Assembly (NCBI GenBank): GCA_044224715.1
Contig: JBGAJV010000001.1
Span: 38,186 to 102,185, forward strand
Direction: 5' to 3'
Length of the DNA: 64,000 bases
Origin: Anaerolineales bacterium
GTDB taxonomy: Bacteria > Chloroflexota > Anaerolineae > Anaerolineales > UBA6663
Positions 9,380 to 16,958 of the stretch are shown in pieces. Every line of letters begins with the position of its first letter. Positions within the stretch are counted from its first letter, which is position 1. The position numbers and the translations under genes were made by a program. The notes beneath the pieces were generated by a model. The model was not told the origin of the DNA. It did no database searches and worked only from the letters and a program-made list of their open reading frames with translations.

Positions 9380-10339
9380 CTACGGCACAAAAGCCCGCAG
9401 CGCCTCACCCGAGCCGCCGACGTTGAAGGCGCCGACGTCGGCCGGCACGACTGCCGACTCCAACGCACCCAGCTCCACGGACCAGCCTGCGCCGCTCACG
9501 GTGATCCGACCCGACACGCACGTCAACGCCTGGAACGAGTCGCCGCGCGTGTCGAGCGCCACAACTCGCCCCGCGGGTGTCAGCCGCTGGAGCTCGAAAT
9601 ACTCGCAGCGCGTCACGGGCCGAACTCCCGGGGCGACCTCGTCGAGGACTGTCTCGGCGCGGCCGCTCAATCCACGATCGATCACGGCCAGCGACTTCTC
9701 CACATGCAATTCGCGCCCGGCTTTGGCTGGACGATCCCAATCCCAAACGCGATAGGTGATATCCGACGTCTGCTGCACTTCGTACAACAGCAAGCCCGGC
9801 CCGAGCGCATGCAGCGTGCCGGCGCGGATGAAGAACGTGTCGCCCGGTCGGGCGGGCACCGATTGCATGAGCGGCAGCAGGCCGGTGCGACCCGGCGCGC
9901 TGCCGTTTGCGGCGCCGCGCACCGCCAGCGCCAGTTGTTCGGCCGAGACGCCGGCACGCATGCCGACGATGATCTCGGCGGCGGGATCGGCTTCGAGGAT
10001 ATGCCAGGCCTCGGTCTTGCCGAACTGGTCCGGCCCCTCGAGGGTGACGGCCTGGTCGTCGTTGGGGTGGACCTGAACCGAGAGCCAGTCGCGGCAATCG
10101 AGCAGCTTGATCAACAGAGGCACGCGCAGCCCGGTGCGGCGGATCGGTTTGCGGCCAAGGAAGGCTTCACCCTCCGCGGCTGCCAGCGCGCCGAGCGTGC
10201 GCCCGGCGTTCGGCCCGTCGGCGATGACATCGCCCTCAAAGACGACCCAGGCTTCGCCGATGGGCTGCGGCGCCGCGTGGAGTCGTTGGCCGCCCCAGAC
10301 GCGGGCGTGGAATTGGGGTTGCAGTCGGAAAGCGGGCAT
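9380..10339 (-). CDS. manA: Type I phosphomannose isomerase (cupin)
   Basis: True start is ATG 10339-10337 (MPAFRLQPQFHARVWGG). Motifs LSVQVHPND and GKTEAWHILEA. The upstream 77 codons of track ORF 9380-10570 are translated hairpin repeats. Confidence 0.85.
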   Translation of the reverse strand: MPAFRLQPQFHARVWGGQRLHAAPQPIGEAWVVFEGDVIADGPNAGRTLGALAAAEGEAFLGRKPIRRTGLRVPLLIKLLDCRDWLSVQVHPNDDQAVTLEGPDQFGKTEAWHILEADPAAEIIVGMRAGVSAEQLALAVRGAANGSAPGRTGLLPLMQSVPARPGDTFFIRAGTLHALGPGLLLYEVQQTSDITYRVWDWDRPAKAGRELHVEKSLAVIDRGLSGRAETVLDEVAPGVRPVTRCEYFELQRLTPAGRVVALDTRGDSFQALTCVSGRITVSGAGWSVELGALESAVVPADVGAFNVGGSGEALRAFVP

Positions 10340-10425
10340 GAATGACCTGTGTGGTGGGTGGACCGATGCGTTGGTGACGGATCCGTTCGCAAATGTCGAG
10401 ACCGGTTTGGGTCGGGCGGCCCGCG

Positions 10426-10583
10426 GTGCCGGCGTACAACCGGGCCGAGTGGGCGGCCACAAGGGCCGCCGCCTGAAACGTGCCGGCGCACAACCGGGCC
10501 GAGTGGGCGGCCACAAGGGCCGCCGCCTGAGACGTGCCGGCGTACAACCGGGCCGAGTGGGCGGCCACAAGGGCCGCCCCTAC
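10426..10583. repeat. Tandem array of 2.9 copies of a 54-bp unit, each carrying a GC hairpin (GGGCGGCC-ACAAG-GGCCGCC)
   Basis: Units start at 10426, 10480 and 10534 (GTGCCGGCG[T/C]ACAACCGGGCCGAGTGGGCGGCCACAAGGGCCGCCGCCTGA[A/G]AC). There are two SNPs between copies. The last copy ends ...GGGCCGCCCCTACTG and overlaps the TAG stop of the SCO gene at 10580-10582. Confidence 0.9.
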
Positions 10584-11194
10584 TGGGACAACAATGAACG
10601 CATGTCGCTGACCATGTCCTCGCGCGGGAAATCGTACGGCCAAATCGTGCGCAACACGCCCTGACGATCGACGACCAGGACGGTGGCCGAATGATCCATC
10701 AGGTACCCGGCGGCCGAATTCTCCGTCTCCTGGCGCTGGTAAAACACGCCGTACGCGCCGGCCACGCGCGCGATGTCGTCGGCGCTGCCGGTCAGGCCCA
10801 CGAAGGTTGGGTTGAACGCCTTGGCATACGAGTCGGTGCGATCCGGCGTGTCACGCTCGGGGTCGATCGAAATGAAGATGACCTGCACGCTGTCGGCCTG
10901 CGAGCCGATCTCTTTCAAGGCGGCCGTCAGATCCGAGAGCGTCTTCGGGCAGACATCGGGACAGAACGTGTACCCGAAGTACAGGGCGACGACCTTGCCG
11001 CGATAGGCGCTGAGATGCACGGGCTGGTTGCCGCCGCCGAGCAGCTCGAAATCGTACGCGGGCCGCGGCGACTCGATGGCGACGCCCCGCAACGCCGGCG
11101 GGCCGATGTACGCGCGATAGATCCACAAACCGCCGATAAGCAGACCGACTCCGATCAAGGCGCCGATCACGAACAGGCTAAACCGTTTGTCCAT
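10580..11194 (-). CDS. SCO1/SenC-family copper chaperone / thiol-disulfide oxidoreductase, membrane anchored
   Basis: Start taken at MDKRFSLFVIGALIGVGLLIGGLWI (ATG 11194). CxxxC motif FGYTFCPDVCP. DHS motif near the C-terminus. Confidence 0.85.
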   Translation of the reverse strand: MDKRFSLFVIGALIGVGLLIGGLWIYRAYIGPPALRGVAIESPRPAYDFELLGGGNQPVHLSAYRGKVVALYFGYTFCPDVCPKTLSDLTAALKEIGSQADSVQVIFISIDPERDTPDRTDSYAKAFNPTFVGLTGSADDIARVAGAYGVFYQRQETENSAAGYLMDHSATVLVVDRQGVLRTIWPYDFPREDMVSDMRSLLSQ

Positions 11195-11233
11195 GCGGCA
11201 ATGATACCGGCCCGGCCCATCGGGCGCCAACGC

Positions 11234-11899
11234 TCAGGGGTAGCAGCCGAACAACTGCGCGGCATCGTACGCGAGGCGGCCGGGGCCGTCGGCGGCCAGC
11301 GCCTCATTGGCGACGAGATGCAGGTCGCTGAGAAGGCGCTCGGTCGACGGCAGATAATCCTGCGTGCCGTACTGCGCCCGCACGATGCCCCATCCGTCGA
11401 CAAGCACGAGCCGCGTGTCGAGGTCCCATGTGTCGGCGTTGTTGCGGCTGTAGAACGTCCCAAAGCCAACCGACACCAGACGCCGAACGCTCTGCGCGTC
11501 GCCGGTCAGGAATGTCCAGACATCGGGTTGAGCTCCGACGGACGCCGCCCAAGACCTGAGTCGGTCGGGCGTGTCATAGTCTGTGTCGATCGAGACCGTC
11601 ACCAGGTGAACCGGCAGGCCGAGGGCGGCACTGCTCAACTGATCCTGGATGGCGCGCTGCCGTTGGATGGCCTCCGCGCACATGCCGGCGCAGCGGCTAT
11701 ACGCGAACGTGTAGAGCGTCAGCCCGCCGCGCAGCGCCTCGCTGCCGAACGCCGCGCCGTTCTGATCGACGAGCTGAAAACCGGGCGCGGGATCCTTTTT
11801 CGGCAGCACCTGCACCGGCTCGAAGAACACAAACGCGTAGATCGCCAGCAGCGGCCCGGCCAGGATCCCGACGACGAGGTACGCGAGACGGCGCAGCAT
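11234..11899 (-). CDS. Second SCO1/SenC-family protein (paralogue, tandem)
   Basis: Start taken at MLRRLAYLVVGILAGPLLAIYAFVFF (ATG 11899). CxxxC variant FAYSRCAGMCAE. Thioredoxin-like fold pattern. Confidence 0.8.
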   Translation of the reverse strand: MLRRLAYLVVGILAGPLLAIYAFVFFEPVQVLPKKDPAPGFQLVDQNGAAFGSEALRGGLTLYTFAYSRCAGMCAEAIQRQRAIQDQLSSAALGLPVHLVTVSIDTDYDTPDRLRSWAASVGAQPDVWTFLTGDAQSVRRLVSVGFGTFYSRNNADTWDLDTRLVLVDGWGIVRAQYGTQDYLPSTERLLSDLHLVANEALAADGPGRLAYDAAQLFGCYP

Positions 11900-12141
11900 C
11901 ACCCGTTCCACCCATCGTGACGGCGTGCACACATTGGTTGAATCAATAACGTCAACATGCAGGCTGATTGTAACGCCCGTCACAAGGCGATGTCAGATCG
12001 GCGTCAGAAACGACGTCCGATATCCGCTGGATATCTCGGGAAATTCAAGCAATGAAGCGCCAACGGCGTTAGCCTCATCCGCGTCATGCACAGCAATGTC
12101 GGGGATACGCTTCGACGTTGGCTATTCACTCGGAGGGCAGA

Positions 12142-13992
12142 ATGGAGATTTTCATTGTCACGGTCCTGTCTGTTCTGGCGGTCGCCATCTTATTGGCGAT
12201 CGCCCTGAGCACCGGGGCGTTGGGTCTGGTCGTCATCGGCGAACAACAGGTCGGCATCGTCGTGCGCAAGCTGGGCGGCCGATCGCTCAAGCCGGGGCAG
12301 TTGATCGCCTTGAACGGCGAGGCGGGTTATCAGGCCGACACCCTTGCGCCGGGTTGGCACTTCGGTTTCTGGCCGGTGCTGTATCAGGTGATCCGCGCGC
12401 CGCTCGTGCACGTGCCGCAAGGCGAGATCGCGCTGGTCGTCGCCAGTGACGGCGCGCCGATGCCGGCGGAACGCATCCTGGGTCGCATCGTGGATTGCGA
12501 CAACTTCCAGAACGCGCGCAAGTTTCTCGAGCACGGCGGTGAAAAAGGCCGCCAGCTCGGGATCCTGACCGCGGGCACCTACCGGATCAACACGGCGCTC
12601 TTCACCGTGATCACGCGCGCGACGGCCGAACGCCAGGGGCTGTTGCCCAACCAACTGATGGTCTCGCGCATCGAGCCCGACAAGGTCGGTATCGTGACCA
12701 CGCTCGACGGCAAGCCGATCGACGAGGGCGAGATCGCGGGCACGGTCGTGCCGGATCACGACAACTTCCAGAACGCGCAACGATTTCTGGATCAGGGCGG
12801 CCGTCGTGGCCTGCAGGAGCAGGTGCTGCTCTCGGGCGCCTGGAACCTGAACCCGTGGTTCGTGCAGGTCGAGCAGACCTTGATGACCGAGATCCCGATC
12901 GGTTACGTCGGTGTGGTGATCTCGTTCGTCGGGAAGGCGCACGTGGACGTGAGCGGCGCCGAGTTCAAGCATGGCGATCTGGTGGATCAGGGGCACAAGG
13001 GCGTCTGGGTGCAGCCGCTCTACCCCGGCAAGCATCCGCTCAACCAGCGCATCATGAAGGTCGAGCTTGTGCCGACGACCAACATCGTGCTCAACTGGGC
13101 GAATCGCACCGAGGCCCACAACTACGACTCGAGATTGTCGTCGATCACGGTACGCTCGAAGGACGGGTTCAGCTTCAACCTGGATGTGTCGCAGATCATC
13201 CATGTCGCGGCGCTGGATGCGCCTAAGGTGATCTCGCGCGTGGGCTCGATGCAAAACCTGGTCGATCACGTCCTGCAGCCGATCGTCGGGAACTACTTCC
13301 GCAACTCGGCGCAGGAATACACGGTGCTCGACTTCCTGTCGGCGCGTAGCGAGCGCCAGCAGGAGGCGGCCGAACACATCCGTCGGGCGCTGGGGACGTA
13401 CGACGTGCAGGCGATCGACACGCTCATCGGCGACATCAACCCGCCGGCTGAGCTGATGACGACGCTCACAGACCGCAAGATCGCGGAGGAGCAGAAGAAG
13501 ACGTACGTACTGCAGGAGGAGGCTCAAACCCAACGTCAGCAGCTGGTCCGCGAGACCGCCAAGGCCGACATCCAGAAGGACGTCGTCCAGGCCGAGCAGA
13601 GCGTCAACATCGCCGAGCTCCAGTCGAATGCGACCATCAAGCGCGCGCAAGGCGAAAGCGAATCGATCCGCTTGCGTGCCCAGGGTGAAGGTGAGTCGAT
13701 CCGTCTGCGGGCGCAAGGCGAAGCCGAGGGCGTTCGCGCGATCGGCGCGGCCCGCGCGGCGGCCTACCAGGCCGGTGTCGAGGCGCTCGGCGCGAACGGC
13801 TACACGGCCATTCAGCTGATGCAGATCGTCGGCGATCAGCGCGTCCGGATCATCCCCGAGATCCTGGTCGGCCAGGGCAACGGGACGTCGGGCGCCGGCA
13901 TCACCGACGCGCTGATCGGTGTGCTGCTGCGCGACCAGATCGCGGGCAAGACCGCGGAGGGTGAAGCGCAGGCGGCCGAAAAACGCGGATGA
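12142..13992 (+). CDS. SPFH/band-7 domain protein, flotillin-like
   Basis: ATG 12142 is preceded by GGAGGG at a 5-nt spacing. N-terminal TM segment. SPFH-like core, then a long coiled-coil with EA-rich repeats (RAQGESESIRLRAQGEGESIRLRAQGEAEGVRA). Confidence 0.85.
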   Translation: MEIFIVTVLSVLAVAILLAIALSTGALGLVVIGEQQVGIVVRKLGGRSLKPGQLIALNGEAGYQADTLAPGWHFGFWPVLYQVIRAPLVHVPQGEIALVVASDGAPMPAERILGRIVDCDNFQNARKFLEHGGEKGRQLGILTAGTYRINTALFTVITRATAERQGLLPNQLMVSRIEPDKVGIVTTLDGKPIDEGEIAGTVVPDHDNFQNAQRFLDQGGRRGLQEQVLLSGAWNLNPWFVQVEQTLMTEIPIGYVGVVISFVGKAHVDVSGAEFKHGDLVDQGHKGVWVQPLYPGKHPLNQRIMKVELVPTTNIVLNWANRTEAHNYDSRLSSITVRSKDGFSFNLDVSQIIHVAALDAPKVISRVGSMQNLVDHVLQPIVGNYFRNSAQEYTVLDFLSARSERQQEAAEHIRRALGTYDVQAIDTLIGDINPPAELMTTLTDRKIAEEQKKTYVLQEEAQTQRQQLVRETAKADIQKDVVQAEQSVNIAELQSNATIKRAQGESESIRLRAQGEGESIRLRAQGEAEGVRAIGAARAAAYQAGVEALGANGYTAIQLMQIVGDQRVRIIPEILVGQGNGTSGAGITDALIGVLLRDQIAGKTAEGEAQAAEKRG

Positions 13993-14025
13993 AGATCGCT
14001 GCGGTTTGACGGTTGACTGAGACCA

Positions 14026-14060
14026 TGAGCGCCGCTGGATGCCCGACCTCCGGCGGCGCT
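14026..14060 (+). terminator. Hairpin downstream of the flotillin gene (9-bp stem GAGCGCCGC/GCGGCGCTC, 17-nt loop) followed by ACGTCTTTCG
   Basis: Inverted repeat read directly. Only a weak T-tract, so intrinsic-terminator function is uncertain. Confidence 0.35.
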
Positions 14061-14203
14061 CACGTCTTTCGTGGCCGCGTCCGTCCTTGACCGGCAACCT
14101 GAGAAACGACTGTGGACGCGACACGGACGGGATCGAACCCAACGCCTTGATCGTCAGCCCCCATGCCGTGTCTTCTTACACGTATTTCGAAGCGACTGAC
14201 GCC

Positions 14204-14602
14204 ATGCTGAAACTGCTTTTCCTGGTCGCCTTGATCGGTCTGTTTGTCAGTTCCGGCGTGCATCTCGCCGTGGCCAATGGGCTGCCGATTCCCGAAGAGG
14301 TGTTCGTCTTGCATGTCGGCGTGCTGATCCTGATCCTGCCGCTGGCCGGATCGGTGCGTCGCCCATCGCAGAGCGCACCGCGCCTTAACTACTGGTGGAA
14401 CGCGTGGCGCGAGGCCCCGCTCCAACTGCAACTGTTGACTGTGTTGCTTGGCGGTTACCTTACCGTCCAGACCTGGGCCTGGATCGTCGGCTCGGGCGGT
14501 TCGCGTGAGGGCTCGTTCTTGCGCGTGATCAGCAGCGCCTGGATGTGCGCCTACGCCGTGGAAGCGGCGTTTCTCTCGGCCGCCGCCACGCCACGCCGGT
14601 GA
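14204..14602 (+). CDS. Small integral membrane protein (132 aa), unknown function
   Basis: Internal ATG 14204 (MLKLLFLVALIGLFVSSGVHLAV...) and about four hydrophobic segments. The upstream part of track ORF 14039-14602 is Arg-rich and non-protein-like. Confidence 0.55.
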   Translation: MLKLLFLVALIGLFVSSGVHLAVANGLPIPEEVFVLHVGVLILILPLAGSVRRPSQSAPRLNYWWNAWREAPLQLQLLTVLLGGYLTVQTWAWIVGSGGSREGSFLRVISSAWMCAYAVEAAFLSAAATPRR

Positions 14603-14631
14603 GCTCGTGCGTTTCAGGGGTTGCGCCGCAC

Positions 14632-15549
14632 TCAGCGCTGACCGGACGAGCCGGGTTGCCGCCAGCGCTGACGCTCGGCTTCGATCAGCCAGGCGGGTTT
14701 TTCGTCGCCGGTCCAATTGTGGAGGATGTCGCCGTAGATGTTCACCCGCCGCTGATGCAGCAAGGGGAAGAATTCGCGCCACTTGCGGAGCACATCCAGG
14801 TTGACGTCGGCGGCGATGACCTCGACGGTGTCACGACCGGCCTGCGCCAGGATCGTGCCGGACGGGTCGCAGATGAAGCTGCTGCCGTAGAAGGTATTTG
14901 TGCCCTCGACGCCGACGCGGTTGCAGGCAGCGACAAACACGCCGTTGGCCACCGCATGGCCCTGCATCACGCGCTGCCAGGCGTCACGCGAGTCCATCGC
15001 CGGGTCGTTCGGCTCTGATCCGATCGCGGTCGGGTAATAGATCAACTCGGCGCCGTGGAGGGTGTAGATCCTGGCGAGCTCGGGGAACCACTGATCGTAG
15101 CAGGTCGGCGCCGCGATGCGGAGCCCTGCCGCGGCGTGCACGGGAAATGCGTCGGAGCCGCCAAAGAACGCTGTCTCGTGGTAGCCGTCGCCCGAAGGGA
15201 TGTGAACCTTGCGCGTGATCCCCACCAGACGCCCCGCTTCATGCAGCGTCGCGGTGTCGAAGTAGCGCCCATCCTGAGTGCGCTCGTAGAGGCTACCGAT
15301 CACGGCCACGCCTAGCGAACCCGACAGCTCGGCGAAGAACGTCTCCGAGGGCCCTCCCGGCAACGGCTCGGCATACGCGAACCCGGCCGGGTCGCGCGTG
15401 ACGGCGAAGTAGGGGTTGAGCGTGAACTCCGGCAGCCCGATCAACTGGGCGCCGGCCGACACCGCCTCGCCGGCCAGTTGGCGAATCTGAGCACGCATCG
15501 CGTCGACATCGCCGAGCCAGCGCGTCTGCAAGAGGGCCAAACGGGTCAT
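14632..15549 (-). CDS. Carbon-nitrogen hydrolase (N-carbamoylputrescine amidase / nitrilase superfamily)
   Basis: Catalytic E-K-C triad contexts: GLPEF, RKVHIP and APTCYDQWFPE. Confidence 0.9.
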   Translation of the reverse strand: MTRLALLQTRWLGDVDAMRAQIRQLAGEAVSAGAQLIGLPEFTLNPYFAVTRDPAGFAYAEPLPGGPSETFFAELSGSLGVAVIGSLYERTQDGRYFDTATLHEAGRLVGITRKVHIPSGDGYHETAFFGGSDAFPVHAAAGLRIAAPTCYDQWFPELARIYTLHGAELIYYPTAIGSEPNDPAMDSRDAWQRVMQGHAVANGVFVAACNRVGVEGTNTFYGSSFICDPSGTILAQAGRDTVEVIAADVNLDVLRKWREFFPLLHQRRVNIYGDILHNWTGDEKPAWLIEAERQRWRQPGSSGQR

Positions 15550-15555
15550 GTTGTA

Positions 15556-15561
15556 TTTTTA
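15556..15561 (-). promoter_or_regulatory. AT-rich -10-like hexamer (TAAAAA on minus strand) 6 nt upstream of ATG 15549
   Basis: Minus strand reads cgcggTAAAAATACAACATG. This is a striking AT run in a GC-rich genome, with no SD. Confidence 0.35.
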
Positions 15562-15569
15562 CCGCGAAC

Positions 15570-16736
15570 TCAAGTGAGGAAGCGCCGCACCGGGTTCGGC
15601 TCGCGTAACACGGCGCGGTCGAAGGCAAACGGCCGCATGTCGAAATCCGGCGACAGGCCCGATGCGATGTCCGCCAGGATCTCACCGATCACGGCCGCGA
15701 ACTTGAACCCGTGCGCGGCATCGGCGGCGATCACGATACTCGGGTGCCCCGGCACCGTGTCGATCACGAAATCGCGATCCGGCGTCATCGTGTACAGACA
15801 GGGCTTCGAGAACAGGTGCAGCCCGAGGCCGGGGAGCACGTTCTTGACGAACTGGCTGACGCGGCGGAGCGTCCCAAGATCCACCTCGTAGGTGCGCGTC
15901 GCCGCCGTCACCTCCGCCCCGCCCACGTCCTGACCGACCTTGACGCCGGGGGCGCCGTGAACCGGCACGCCGTAGAAGCACGGGTCGTCGAGCCAGATCC
16001 AGGCCGGGAACCGACCGGGCATGAACTGCGACAGATGCTCGGCGGCGAAGTAGTTCACCTGCTCCTGCGTCACGGTGAGCGGGAGCGACAGGCCCAGCTG
16101 CGACAGGATCTCGTTGGTCCACGCGCCGGTGGCGACGATCAGTTTCTGGCCCTCGAACACGCCCGACGAGGTGACCACCTCGACCGAACCGCCGAGGTCG
16201 CGCACCGCTTGCACGGCGGTGTGCTCGAGCAACCGCGCGCCGTGGTTCCGGGCCGAACGGCGGAGCGTGGTCAACGCGGTGCGAGCCGAGACGAACCCGC
16301 CGTCGGGTTGGTGGAGCACCTGCACTGAATCGTCGATGTGGAATTGCGGCCAGCGCCGGCGGGCCTCGTCGCCGGCGAGCAGCTCGAAGGGCACGTTGGC
16401 CGCTGTCAGGCTGCCGGCGTAATCGCTCAGTGGGATCGCCCCGCCCTGCGGGAAGAAGTCGAGGCCGCCGACACGATGGACGAGCCGAAGATCCTGCTCG
16501 GCTTCAAGCCGCTCCCAGGCCCGGTAGGCGCCCTTGGCCAGCTCCACGTAGAATGGGGTGTTGTACGACAGACGGATGATGCGGCTGTGGTCGTGCGACC
16601 CGCCGCGCGCGTGATCGAGCTCGTATTGCTCGAGGCCGAGGACGTCGCCGCCCGAACGACGCGCCAACGCCCAGGCGGCGGCGCTACCGATCGCCCCAAG
16701 GCCGAGGACGATGTACTTGAACTGTCGACGCTCCAC
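15570..16736 (-). CDS. FAD-dependent amine oxidase of the monomeric sarcosine oxidase / N-methyltryptophan oxidase (SolA) family
   Basis: GTG start. Dinucleotide-binding motif YIVLGLGAIGSAAAWALA. HDHSRIIRLSY, and a C-terminal HGFKF block. Confidence 0.85.
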   Translation of the reverse strand: MERRQFKYIVLGLGAIGSAAAWALARRSGGDVLGLEQYELDHARGGSHDHSRIIRLSYNTPFYVELAKGAYRAWERLEAEQDLRLVHRVGGLDFFPQGGAIPLSDYAGSLTAANVPFELLAGDEARRRWPQFHIDDSVQVLHQPDGGFVSARTALTTLRRSARNHGARLLEHTAVQAVRDLGGSVEVVTSSGVFEGQKLIVATGAWTNEILSQLGLSLPLTVTQEQVNYFAAEHLSQFMPGRFPAWIWLDDPCFYGVPVHGAPGVKVGQDVGGAEVTAATRTYEVDLGTLRRVSQFVKNVLPGLGLHLFSKPCLYTMTPDRDFVIDTVPGHPSIVIAADAAHGFKFAAVIGEILADIASGLSPDFDMRPFAFDRAVLREPNPVRRFLT

Positions 16737-16958
16737 GTTGCACCCCTGACGTTCGCGTCATGCGATGGTTCGCGTCCTGGATCGAAGTCGGCAGAAGTAT
16801 AGACAGGATACGCGTGGCGTCAAGCCCAACGGTGTGCCGATCGGATCATTTCGGCGGCGTTCGGAGCATTTCCGGTCGATGGACCAGGGCCGTCGATGAC
16901 AGATCGGGATAGGCGTGCCGCGGGTGGTGGTCCGCGGTCCGCGTTTGGATGAGCAACC

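Noticed and set aside
10340-10570. Apparent protein repeat WPPTRPGC(T/A)PAR(L/F)RRRPL x3 at the N-terminus of track ORF 9380-10570
   Set aside because: It is the conceptual translation of the 54-bp intergenic hairpin array. The mannose-6-phosphate isomerase homology begins at the internal Met (ATG 10339), and the upstream composition (Arg/Pro/Trp/Cys) is not protein-like.
10426-10583. Possible CRISPR array
   Set aside because: The units are directly abutting 54-bp tandem copies with no unique spacers. There are only 2.9 copies and no cas genes anywhere in the window.
13628-13740. 33-bp tandem repeat at nucleotide level inside the flotillin gene
   Set aside because: It encodes the EA/Q-rich coiled-coil repeats (RAQGE.E.IRL x3) that are normal for flotillin C-termini. 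It is not a separate element.
12190-14142. Very long antisense or off-frame ORFs (for example 12190-14142 minus, 26604-28502 minus, 31146-33023 minus, 41797-43182 plus, 16758-17900 minus, 58365-59564 plus, 46842-48890 minus)
   Set aside because: Each lies entirely opposite or out of frame to a gene with clear family motifs. Their translations are Arg/Gly/Pro/Asp-rich with no recognisable motifs. Stop-poor alternative frames are expected at this GC content.
14113-14173. tRNA or tmRNA fragment on the minus strand (GGGTTCGATCCC T-loop-like motif, flanking GACACGG/CCGTGTC stem, GGGGGCTGA resembling a tmRNA 5' end)
   Set aside because: The enclosed segment is only about 53 nt. The T-stem would have just three Watson-Crick pairs. 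There is no D-arm or anticodon arm, and the distance between the tmRNA-like 5' motif and the T-arm is far too short. At most it is a degenerate remnant, and I kept it only as part of the structured-leader observation.
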